From NCBI GenBank assembly GCA_965208835.1, contig OZ242358.1, forward strand, positions 4,416,001 to 4,480,000: a stretch of 64,000 nucleotides of DNA, given 5' to 3'. The translations under genes were made by a program, and so were the position numbers. The stretch comes from Candidatus Latescibacterota bacterium. GTDB lineage: Bacteria > Latescibacterota > UBA2968 > GCA-2709665. The notes below the pieces were generated by a model. That model ran no database searches, was not told where the DNA came from, and was given only the letters and a program-made list of their open reading frames with translations. Shown piece by piece: positions 40,870 to 49,816 of this stretch. Numbering within the stretch: position 1 is the stretch's first letter; each line of letters begins with the position of its first letter.

Positions 40870-41562
40870 ATGCCAATGGAAATCTTGGGCATCACGATTG
40901 TGGCGATTGTGATACTTATCATATCGGCGGCCCGTGTTAAAGCTGAATTCGATAAGGCCATTAACCTCATCACTGAACTTAAGCAACACGCCGAGGAGGC
41001 CCGCACACAGGTCAACACCCTTACATCCGTGAATAGAGAACTTCGCGAAACCCTGACTGCACTGAATACTCAGGTTTCAACGGCGACGAACCGCGTTTCT
41101 GAACTTGAGCAACAAGCAGAGGAGTCCAGTACAAAGATCGCATCTCTTAAAACCGAAAACGGTAAACTCACGGAGACTGTGACCGACCTGAATACTCAGG
41201 TTTCGTCGGCAACCAAACGCGTTTTTGAACTTGAGCGACAATTGGAGGATGGACGCACAGAGATCGGTACGCTTATGACCAAGAATTGCGATCTGCAAGA
41301 AACCGTGAATGGCTTGAACTCTCAGGTTGAAGAAATGAATGGAATAAGGAAGTTCTTTGATCAGATTCAGGAAAGTATTGACGAACTGTCCAAAAAGGAA
41401 AAAGAGTTAACAGGGATAATTGAGCAACTTAAGGAAGGTACCGACCGACCGGTCAATGAGGGTTCCTCCGCACAGACGCAACAGCTCGGCGGCCCCATCT
41501 TAAATGTCGTCATCTCGCTATTCCAAATATTAACTCAAGCGGCAAATGTACTCGCAGGATGA
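40870..41562 (+). CDS. Membrane-anchored coiled-coil protein with ~42-aa tandem repeats
   Basis: N-terminal hydrophobic helix and three ELxxQxE...LxETxxxLNxQV repeats. Confidence 0.75.
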   Translation: MPMEILGITIVAIVILIISAARVKAEFDKAINLITELKQHAEEARTQVNTLTSVNRELRETLTALNTQVSTATNRVSELEQQAEESSTKIASLKTENGKLTETVTDLNTQVSSATKRVFELERQLEDGRTEIGTLMTKNCDLQETVNGLNSQVEEMNGIRKFFDQIQESIDELSKKEKELTGIIEQLKEGTDRPVNEGSSAQTQQLGGPILNVVISLFQILTQAANVLAG

Positions 41563-41797
41563 GTCGTTTACAAAGTTTGACCGGTGGCGTCCTGCACTTC
41601 AGAGCGCTACCGAGATGGGGTTTAACAATCCAACGTACTGGGGGAAGTGGAGCGAACCCCCATACTGTCCGCCGGGCTACTACGTATGTGGTATGAAGCA
41701 ACGAGTACAACCCAAAACGAGCGGTGACAATACCGCAATGAATGCAGTAGCCTTCTATTGTTGTCCATTAGTTCCGGAAGCCAATCAGCAACAATAG
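41546..41797 (+). CDS. Small protein or fragment with one VOMI (vitelline membrane outer layer protein I)-like repeat
   Basis: WGKWSEPPYCPPGYYVCGMKQRVQP...GDNTAMNAVAFYCC. Confidence 0.6.
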   Translation: MYSQDESFTKFDRWRPALQSATEMGFNNPTYWGKWSEPPYCPPGYYVCGMKQRVQPKTSGDNTAMNAVAFYCCPLVPEANQQQ

Positions 41798-42402
41798 AAT
41801 TCGCTGCTTCGACAGGATTCGATATTGAAGCGGCAAAGCGGTGAAACCGCGTCACAGGGCGCAGGGTATTTCGAACTAGACCGACGACACGACCAGGGGT
41901 TCTGGGCAAAAACGATTTCAATGGTCTCAGTGACGCATTGCTGCCAGTCCACCGTGAGGGTGAGCTTGTCCTTGAGGCCTTTCAACCAAGTGGGCAAAAC
42001 AAGAGGCCGCCATCGATCCTCAGCGCGACAGTCCGATAAGGTCCGCTTCGGCGTCTTCTCTTACGCCTGAGACCCTGAAGCTGGATTTCTTCCGTACATC
42101 GTCTGGCACAGTTCAACTATCTCCACATCGTGTAAGCGCAGCGGGCTTTCGGTACACTGGCGGTGGCCGGCACATTTGTTGACAAGAATAGTGCAAAGCA
42201 GGAGGCGATGTTGGGACAGGTAGGCGCGCAGCTAGAAGCAAAACGTGAAGGACGTGTCCAGATTCTCCAAAGACAAGAGGTTGTGAATCGTGACGATAGA
42301 GCGCATTGCAAAGGTAAATGGTTGCCAAAATCCGTGCAGGAACGAGAAGCCGCTGATGATCGGCCCGGACACCGACGTCACGTCGACCGAAGGCAAGAAT
42401 AC

Positions 42403-43254
42403 TTGAAGCGATGGGGAAAGTGGTGGGTTGCGGTGATATGCATGAGCTCGGTCCTCTCGGTGAGCATCTGCGACCGAGCAAATGGATCCGGGCAGCGTGG
42501 TCAGTCAGAGCCGGAGCCGGAGCAACGGTCGGTAGGCGCCGTATTCAGGGACTGTGCGGAATGTCCTGAGATGGTGGTTTTACCATCGGGTTCGTTCATG
42601 ATGGGTTCGGATATGTACGAGGAGCCAAAGCACAAAGTAAAAATAGGGTACCTATTTGCGGTAGGTGTGTATGAGGTGACATTTGAAGAGTGGGACGCGT
42701 GTGTGTCTGCGGGCGGTTGCGGCGGCCATTCTCCGAACGACCGGGGCTGGGGCCGCCGGGACCGACCAGTGATGAACGTGAGTTGGGACGATGCAGTGTC
42801 TTACGTCGCGTGGTTGTCGAAACGCACGGGGGCATCGTATCGCCTGTTGAGCGAGTCGGAATGGGAGTACGCCGCACGCGCCGGTACAACGACGAAATTC
42901 AGCTGGGGTGACGAACCCGATTCCAACCGTGCGAATTGCGATGGCTGTGGCGGTCGGTGGGACGGCACAGAAAAAACGGCGCCGGTGGGCTGGTACCCCG
43001 CCAATGCCTGGGGAATTCACGACATGCACGGTAACGTGGAAGAGTGGGTTCAGGATTGCTGGAACGACCACTATCTGCGTGCACCGGCAGACGGATCGGC
43101 GTGGATGAGGGGCTTCTGTGGAGAGCGCGTCACGCGTGGCTATTGTTTCCGCAATCAATCCATACACGTCGGTTCGTCGCGGCGCCGGTCTTGGGAAAAG
43201 CAGTGGCGAAGTTCCTGTGCCGGCTTCCGTGTTGCTCTGACGCTTTCCCCGTGA
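42403..43254 (+). CDS. FGE-sulfatase (formylglycine-generating enzyme-like, CLec-fold) domain protein; start uncertain
   Basis: FRDCAECPEMVVLPSGSFMMGS, RLLSESEWEYAARAG, HDMHGNVEEWVQD, GFRVA. Confidence 0.88.
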   Translation: MKRWGKWWVAVICMSSVLSVSICDRANGSGQRGQSEPEPEQRSVGAVFRDCAECPEMVVLPSGSFMMGSDMYEEPKHKVKIGYLFAVGVYEVTFEEWDACVSAGGCGGHSPNDRGWGRRDRPVMNVSWDDAVSYVAWLSKRTGASYRLLSESEWEYAARAGTTTKFSWGDEPDSNRANCDGCGGRWDGTEKTAPVGWYPANAWGIHDMHGNVEEWVQDCWNDHYLRAPADGSAWMRGFCGERVTRGYCFRNQSIHVGSSRRRSWEKQWRSSCAGFRVALTLSP

Positions 43255-43538
43255 GCCGTAACCACTTAAACTCTTGTGCGGGGAGGGGATCTTGGTGGCG
43301 CGTTGTTGGGAGTTGCGAATTATTCGGGTTAAGTGATTCAGGAGGCGAAACCGCACCACGCCGGCCTGTACCGAGAATCGCCGCGTGGTCGTCCACTTCG
43401 GACAAAGACGGCTCAGTGCCTGATTTGCGCGAGATGGGTTCTGTAGCTCATCTCACGCTTTCCCTTCGGTCCAGAACTCTATGTTAGATGGGAAGGAGAA
43501 GGTGAATCACAGAAGCACGTACGGGAGGGAGATTGAAA

Positions 43539-44381
43539 ATGAAGCGTCTATCTTGCCTGCTGTTGGGCATCCTCGGTTGCTTGCTGTTGTTGCATTCTGC
43601 GGCGCCTGCCGATTCGGACAGGGCTTTCCTGAGCAAGACGATCAAGGCGAAATTGAGGGAACCATCGGACATCTTCAATGCAAAATACGGGCGCCGAAGT
43701 ATTACGCTGATGCGTCTTGCAACCAGCGATTGCGAATTGCGTCTGGCTCTCTGGACGCTTATGGGCGAGCCGGTTCAGACTTACGAATTCCGCATGCCGC
43801 GCTTAAGGGAGTTGATCTTTGAGGCCGACGATGGATACGCGAATCGCGTTACCGTCAGTAGCGTCGGTGATTCAGAGGAGAACGATATCTCCTTTCACGG
43901 AGGATCGTCAGTCTACGTCACACAGGATGTGTTGGACAAAATCCAGTACGTGGGTTTCAGCTTTTCGATCAATACACACCAACTCTCTCCGTTGCCTGAG
44001 AAGTATCGTTCCGATAACAATTCCTGGACGCGTGCAAGCAGCTTTGACGCATATATCCATCTGTCGAACCCGGGCGTTTTGAAATCACCGGGGAAGTCGG
44101 GTTGGGATACTCCTGGAAGCCCCAAGTGGGATGAATTTTTGTCGAAATACAGGTATCCGCTGGAAGAAGGAGAGACCACCTTGGCAAAACGGCATTACAT
44201 GGAGGAACAGCAGGCCAAAGAAGCATTTCGCCGCATTCGGTGGCGATACCACAACAAAAAGGATGTGTTCGTTAACAATTGGTTTGATATCCATCACTTG
44301 CGTGTGAATCCGGGCCGAATTCTGGATCTTATCCGGCAACACAGTCCTGAGGCGTACACCGTGATTATGGAGAGGGAGTAA
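43539..44381 (+). CDS. Hypothetical secreted protein
   Basis: GGGAG RBS, signal peptide MKRLSCLLLGILG..., long open frame. Confidence 0.7.
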   Translation: MKRLSCLLLGILGCLLLLHSAAPADSDRAFLSKTIKAKLREPSDIFNAKYGRRSITLMRLATSDCELRLALWTLMGEPVQTYEFRMPRLRELIFEADDGYANRVTVSSVGDSEENDISFHGGSSVYVTQDVLDKIQYVGFSFSINTHQLSPLPEKYRSDNNSWTRASSFDAYIHLSNPGVLKSPGKSGWDTPGSPKWDEFLSKYRYPLEEGETTLAKRHYMEEQQAKEAFRRIRWRYHNKKDVFVNNWFDIHHLRVNPGRILDLIRQHSPEAYTVIMERE

Positions 44382-44394
44382 CAACAGCAAATGC

Positions 44395-44636
44395 GATGGT
44401 GCCTTTATGGATTTTAAGAGGCTTGGCCGGACTGCCAGCTTCTTCGGGCTAGAAGGCCTCGGTGAGTGGCACGAATATGTATGTGTTGAGGTTATCACAC
44501 ACCAGCAGGACGACGATTTCGGCTTCAACGTAGTCCGTGTCCCAGTAGGATGTTTATTTCGTGAGCTCAGTCCTCGGCGGTATTCGTTCTCTTACACTAA
44601 CCTTGCGCCAGCCCGCGAGCGGTTCGGTGAACCATT
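44395..44636 (-). mobile_element. Degenerate IS630 transposase fragment
   Basis: Minus-strand frames give FTEPLAGWRKVSVRE and LVCDNLNTH...EAF*PEEA, with stops and frameshifts. Confidence 0.7.
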
Positions 44637-44886
44637 TGATTACCATTCACACTTGAGGCACAATGCCGACATGTGTCTTCGAGCAGGGACGGATGAAATA
44701 GTTCTTCGCCGACAATTAAGAGGTGGGATGCGTGAGTATCGCCGAACAGACGCCGTTTGTAGCTCTGCTATAGAAGCGCCTCCAGATTTCCGACACACAG
44801 GTGGTTCCAGCTAACTTACACTTTCGCGGCCGTCAAAAGCGAAAGTGCGGTTGGCCGTACATCAAGGACAGGAAGGGGAGTGAATC

Positions 44887-45576
44887 ATGTTACGTTTGTC
44901 GTCGTATTGGTGCCTAATCACGATCCTGTTTTCGATGCTTCTATTTGCGACGACGTCTGTCGCAGATACTCGAATCACATTTCGCGGAAGACATTTGGGC
45001 ACCGTAGAAGAACTGAAGATCGTTGGCGATAGCGAGGACTCGACACGGTTGATGATATCGACAGTCGCGCACTTGGACTCACTTTTACATATGCTGGACG
45101 AGGAAATGGCCGACAGGGGCTCTTTGGTTGGAGGATGCTCCGCAAGACTATATTGGCGCGAAGGTACCAGAATACGGTGGGGCGGCGAAAAACTCGGCTT
45201 GAAATCGAGAGTTCGATATCGAAAGCGAATATGTGCTGTTATCAAGACCCCATGGGTTTCGATATCGACTGATGTAGATTGGGAATTAAAGATCGTCCAG
45301 GGTAATGGTCTGGGTGATATTTGGTTAGCAGCCAGAGTCACGAACGTGAGAAACCTGCCACCTTGGTTAGAGGAAGTCCTTGATCTTCGCGTGAGTTCAG
45401 ACCTTAAAATTCCGTTTCCCGTCAAATGTGGAAGATGTACCTGTGCAAAAGTCGCCCAGGATCTTGACTTAGAAATGGAAAGTGTCAGCTTTGGGTACGA
45501 AAATGGCATGTTAAAGGTCGTCGTGCAATGGTCAGCTCGCGGGGATCGACTGTCAATGCTGCTCGGCTGTTTTTGA
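44887..45576 (+). CDS. Hypothetical secreted protein
   Basis: GGGGAG RBS, signal peptide, 229 aa. Confidence 0.7.
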   Translation: MLRLSSYWCLITILFSMLLFATTSVADTRITFRGRHLGTVEELKIVGDSEDSTRLMISTVAHLDSLLHMLDEEMADRGSLVGGCSARLYWREGTRIRWGGEKLGLKSRVRYRKRICAVIKTPWVSISTDVDWELKIVQGNGLGDIWLAARVTNVRNLPPWLEEVLDLRVSSDLKIPFPVKCGRCTCAKVAQDLDLEMESVSFGYENGMLKVVVQWSARGDRLSMLLGCF

Positions 45577-45977
45577 CAGTGGCAGTGATGGACTCTTGAA
45601 TCTGTCTTGATATAGCGAGCATGACTGTGGAACTTTCGGCCGAAGCGTGTGGTTGGAGTTGAATAAATGTGAGATGGTTTGTTCAGTAAGTGGGGACTCG
45701 ATCGTCATATATGATGGCGAAGTGATTCAATGCGGCTTTGAAGCTGTGTTCGTGTCTTGTCCAGCTTTCGCCGATGTTTCGACGGGCAGACCCTGCAAAT
45801 TCGGTCGTACCGAAGCAACGGCGCACGTTGCCATCGAAAAATCGAAGGACGACGGGAAATCCGAATCCTGACACGACCGTTGCTTTATCAATGGAAAAAA
45901 ACACGACTTACGTACGCCGGCGCCTGGTGCGGTTTACTGAGCGGGGATCAACGAAGAAATAAAGGAGGAATCTCGGT

Positions 45978-46421
45978 ATGGCGAATGGAGATCAGTCGTC
46001 GGACACTCTAAAGGAGGCTTACAAGGGTTTCCTTGAAGCCCTTGAGACTATTGTGGAACAGTGGGCAGGAAATATCCCAAAGGCTAAGGAATTTTCCGAG
46101 TCGGTTTTTGATGGGTTAAAGGGCGAAGAAGCATGCTGTTTGGTTGTTGAGGCCCTCAACGAACAGCATGAAGCAGTAAAATCAGCGTTCAAGGTCGAGT
46201 TGGAATTTTTCAATGCGAAATACACGGACGATAATTTACGGGGATTACTGCAATCTTCAGGTGTGGCGCTGGCGAAGAAACGTGAATTTGTAGAACGTGC
46301 TTTGGAAGACGGAGATACCGTAAAGAAATCCCTTGAGGAATTAGTGGGCTCTACACTTCCAGGTTGGTTGAAGAAGATGCTCAAATTACTGAACGAGTTG
46401 CTAAAGCTCGTAAGGCCCTGA
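45978..46421 (+). CDS. Hypothetical helical protein
   Basis: AAGGAGG RBS, 147 aa. Confidence 0.75.
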   Translation: MANGDQSSDTLKEAYKGFLEALETIVEQWAGNIPKAKEFSESVFDGLKGEEACCLVVEALNEQHEAVKSAFKVELEFFNAKYTDDNLRGLLQSSGVALAKKREFVERALEDGDTVKKSLEELVGSTLPGWLKKMLKLLNELLKLVRP

Positions 46422-46607
46422 GAAGGGGTGGGAGCAAGTGAGCGGCAGGACAACGCCGGAGGAAGGAGTGAATCCGGAAATGAACACCGGCTTGTGGTTG
46501 TCCCTACCGTCGTATCAAGGGAACCCAGTTAAACCGCTGCCGGATGGATTGGGCACGAATTCTCCATAGATACGCTTTTTGTCAATCGGAAATCCCGAGG
46601 AATCGCA

Positions 46608-46848
46608 ATGAATTCTACGGATTGAGGAAAGAAGAAGCCGGTTATGGCGGTTGCGAGGAGCGAGTATCAGCCTACGATGGCGAAGACGGAGGAGGAGGTC
46701 GCGATTGAGGCGAGACCGGAGGAATTGCTGCGGACGGTAGTGCGGGGGAGATAGATTTGAAGCTGATTGATTCGAAGAAGGGTGGCCGAAAGGCAGCAGG
46801 GCAAGACGGCCAACGATTGGCGGAATGTTACACTGAGTTAGAATTCCC
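46608..46848 (+). mobile_element. Remnant end of an IS1595-like element related to the MITE at 37504
   Basis: Terminal GGGAATTCTAACTCAGTGTAACAT (reverse complement of 46825-46848) and a shared small-ORF remnant EEVAIEARPEELLR. Confidence 0.55.
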
Positions 46849-46852
46849 TTAA

Positions 46853-47124
46853 CTATGAAAGCAGCTTTGAAACCACGGCTCCAGCGATTCCATCACATGC
46901 AGTCAATACAAGAAGGACCGCACCCGCTATCCATCTGGTAGCCGTAATCATGCCCTTGAATTGATTTTGCGTTTCTACAATTGCCAGGTTACTCTCTGCG
47001 AGTTTTTCTCTTCTCTTTTCAATTTTATCAAGTGTTTCAGCATTGGAGTCTACTCGTGTCTCCAGCCTGGCGAGTGTTACCTGAATGCCGTTATGTCCTT
47101 TTTGATTTCTTCAAGTGTGATCAT
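46853..47124 (-). pseudogene. Small coiled-coil protein with C-terminal TM helix, frameshifted
   Basis: GAGGG RBS, MITLEEIKKD / NGIQVTLARLETRV...RWIAGAVLLVLTA...SKLLS*; one frameshift near codon 11. Confidence 0.55.
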
Positions 47125-47843
47125 TGCGCACCCTCGTTTCTTGAAACATTACGCAATCGAACTCACCTTGTCAAGCCCAAACATGATGAGTCCTGGTTTT
47201 TCCGGATCGCAACAAGGGAATGTTTTTTAACTATATTATTCCCAAACACTTCCGTATAGAAAAAACGCGAGGGCGTTCAGGACGTTAGGGAGTGCTATTT
47301 TGGAAGAAACAAGCTCATCAGTTCGGATTTTGAGAAAATTAGGTTCTCACACGTGCAGCGCAACTTCGTACAGGCCAGAACCGGCTTTCTTGTTTGATTT
47401 TCAATAAGCAGTGATGCCTACGGGAAGGTGACGGCAGCGGAAACCGAAGAAGCGTTGGATGTTCTTCTCGGAACCTGGTCAAGGGGAGTGTGAAAGGAAG
47501 TTCGGGTGGGGTCCGTGTTTGGCCGCGTTTCCGGTGTCCGACCGGGGCCCTTTCATTTCCGGCGCCGCGATCAACTTTGTCGTGGATCGGGCGAGACGGT
47601 ATCGGCAATCTGTAGGGCCGGTTGATGTACCGCCACGAACCGGCGATCCGGAACTGGATGCCCGAGGCCGACCGAGACGAAGCTCGACGCGCCGACGATA
47701 TAATCACGCGGGAACGTCAGGTACGTGCGCGGTTGCGTCTCGAGAACAAGCAGCTCCACGCCTGCTTCCAACTCGTACGACGCTTCCGATGCCGTCATTT
47801 CGTCAACGTTCCTCCGCCAGGAACACCTGGCGCAGCGGTTCCA

Positions 47844-49280
47844 TCACTTCCCTGCGATATCCAGTTCTTTCCAATTGCTGGGAGGGCCCTCCTTCAACAG
47901 CTTGAATAGCGTCCTTGCCGCGATATCGAAACCTGTGTCGAACGCATTCCGATATCTCTCCGGCGATGGTCTGGGCGTATTACCGTGTACGATTTCCGAC
48001 CTTAGGTCGTAGAACTCCTCGACTGACTCCATGACCCGAACCCGTTCTTCCGGGTCTCCGCCCAGAAACCACGATGACCGGGTGCTCAATTTGCGGGTTA
48101 TCTTCCATCTGTCCAACTCATACATCCGCTCCAGTGCGATGGCGACGTCCAGAATTTTGTCTTCTGACGCGTGTCGGTTGTCACGGGCGAGAGCTTCCGC
48201 TAACCTTGAAATCGCCGGAACGTATCTCTGAAACCTGCCCTGATCCGTTTGCTTGAAGAGCTCAATGGATTGAAGCATCCCAACTCGGTCGAGCGGATGG
48301 GTTTGTGTCCCGATAACTGGCAGGTATTCCCACGTTTTCCAACTCACATCGTAGGGGTAGTGCGGTCGCCCGAAGAGCAGTGATGCTCTCTGGTCGTGGC
48401 AGAAACCGAGATCCGTCAGGTAGTAGACTGGCACTCTCTGGGTGACCGTGAGAAGTTCGACAAATTCCCGGGCACGCTCGAAAAATGGCTACGCGTCACT
48501 GAAAGGCGGCGTGTCCCAATCTACCTCCGGCGGATCGGATTCCAGAGAAAAAAGTGTGGGCTTCCAACGGAAGCGTTGGATGATGGCGCCAACGGGCTTC
48601 CAACTCTTCCATCTGACTACGTGGGGTGCTACGTCTATCAGAACGTCTCTTTCCAGGAAAGCGTCCAAATCTTCAAATGGAACGACCTCAACGTTTTCAA
48701 AGATCTCGAACCGTTCGCCGAACTCCAGACCGTAGAAGACCGCAACATGGTATCCGACGTCCAGGTTTAGGAAAACGGGATGGGCTTCGTCCACAACGCT
48801 CAGATTCAGCAGCGCGTCCAATTCTGTCGACGCAACCCGAAAACCATCTCTTCCCAATTGGTCCGCACGGCACATTAGCCCGGCAACCATTGCGAGCCTC
48901 GACGAGGAAAGGCCACGAGTGAGAAATCGAGCATTGAATTCATTCGATTGTGCATTCTGCGCCACGACGTCCGCCACTGCAGGGTGTTCCCCTACGATGT
49001 CTCTTGCGACGCTCAGGACCTTTCGCATCGGCGCGTAATGTTCCACGAAATAACTTCCATCTCTCAAACAATCTGAACAATAGAACTTGCGCAAAGCACT
49101 CGACGGGTCGGACGTCGTGGAGCCTGGAGTTCTATCCATTACTCTGCGCTGCTCCAGCCTGCGGCGCTCGTCAAGTTCATCTTGATAGTGCCTCTGAACG
49201 TCCGCTACCTCGGCAAGCGCATTCCCAAGGCGTTCGACCCATCCTGTTTTAAGAAATGAAGTCATCTTCTCACAAACCAA
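47844..49280 (-). pseudogene. ApeA-like HEPN domain protein split by one in-frame TAG
   Basis: Both ORFs share a frame (DA*PFFERAREFVELL); C-terminal IALERMY...FYDLRSEIVHG contains the RxxxxH motif. Confidence 0.75.
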
Positions 49281-49645
49281 GTTTTCGGCCCTCCTTGCTG
49301 TCCTTCACCTCTGTACAATACAGATTGTCGAGTCTCCGAACTTCCGAGTCTGCTCAAGAGATAATCTAGTTCATTGGATAGCGTCCCGCGTGAGTTCCAA
49401 GCCCATAATCTCAGATGGTGTTCCTGGCTGTTGCGCTATCCTCGTCACCGCCGGACACCAGACCTCTTACCCCGGGCGAACTCTTGAACAATTCTCCGCC
49501 GGGTATCTTGAGAGGTTGCCGATGTCCATGAATCCGATTTGGAATCTCCCGAATTGGCGCTTGAGCAGATAATTCGCTAAATGCGTGGCGAATAACCCTT
49601 CTTCATCACATAAACCAAAGCCAGACGAACAGGTCCTGCACACGT

Positions 49646-49802
49646 GGGCAGACAGGAATGTCCGCCCCACCCTCAAAGTGCAGGCGCCCACAAGGGACGC
49701 CCCTACACTGCAAACTTGGCCGGGTGAGAGCGTGCCGTGATATGGCAATTCGCAGCGGCGCAGCGGTGTTGCATAATGCGTCGCTCGTCGCATTTTGCAA
49801 CA
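49646..49802 (-). repeat. Composite intergenic repeat, copy 1 (palindrome pair + hairpin + GTAG-type REP + type A REP)
   Basis: Same module order at 52733-52905, 56002-56177 and 58793-58984. Confidence 0.85.
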
Positions 49803-49816
49803 GTGGGAGGGCCATC

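Noticed and set aside
41800-42400. Possible decayed gene or transposase upstream of the FGE gene, and the long N-terminal extension of ORF 42163
   Set aside because: No recognisable motif, so no call can be supported.
5839-48491. TAG recoding or readthrough (in-frame TAGs at 5839, 12419, 16678, 48489)
   Set aside because: The TAGs replace different residues (Gln, Trp), co-occur with TAA/TGA stops and frameshifts, and many intact genes end in TAG. Ordinary nonsense mutation fits better.
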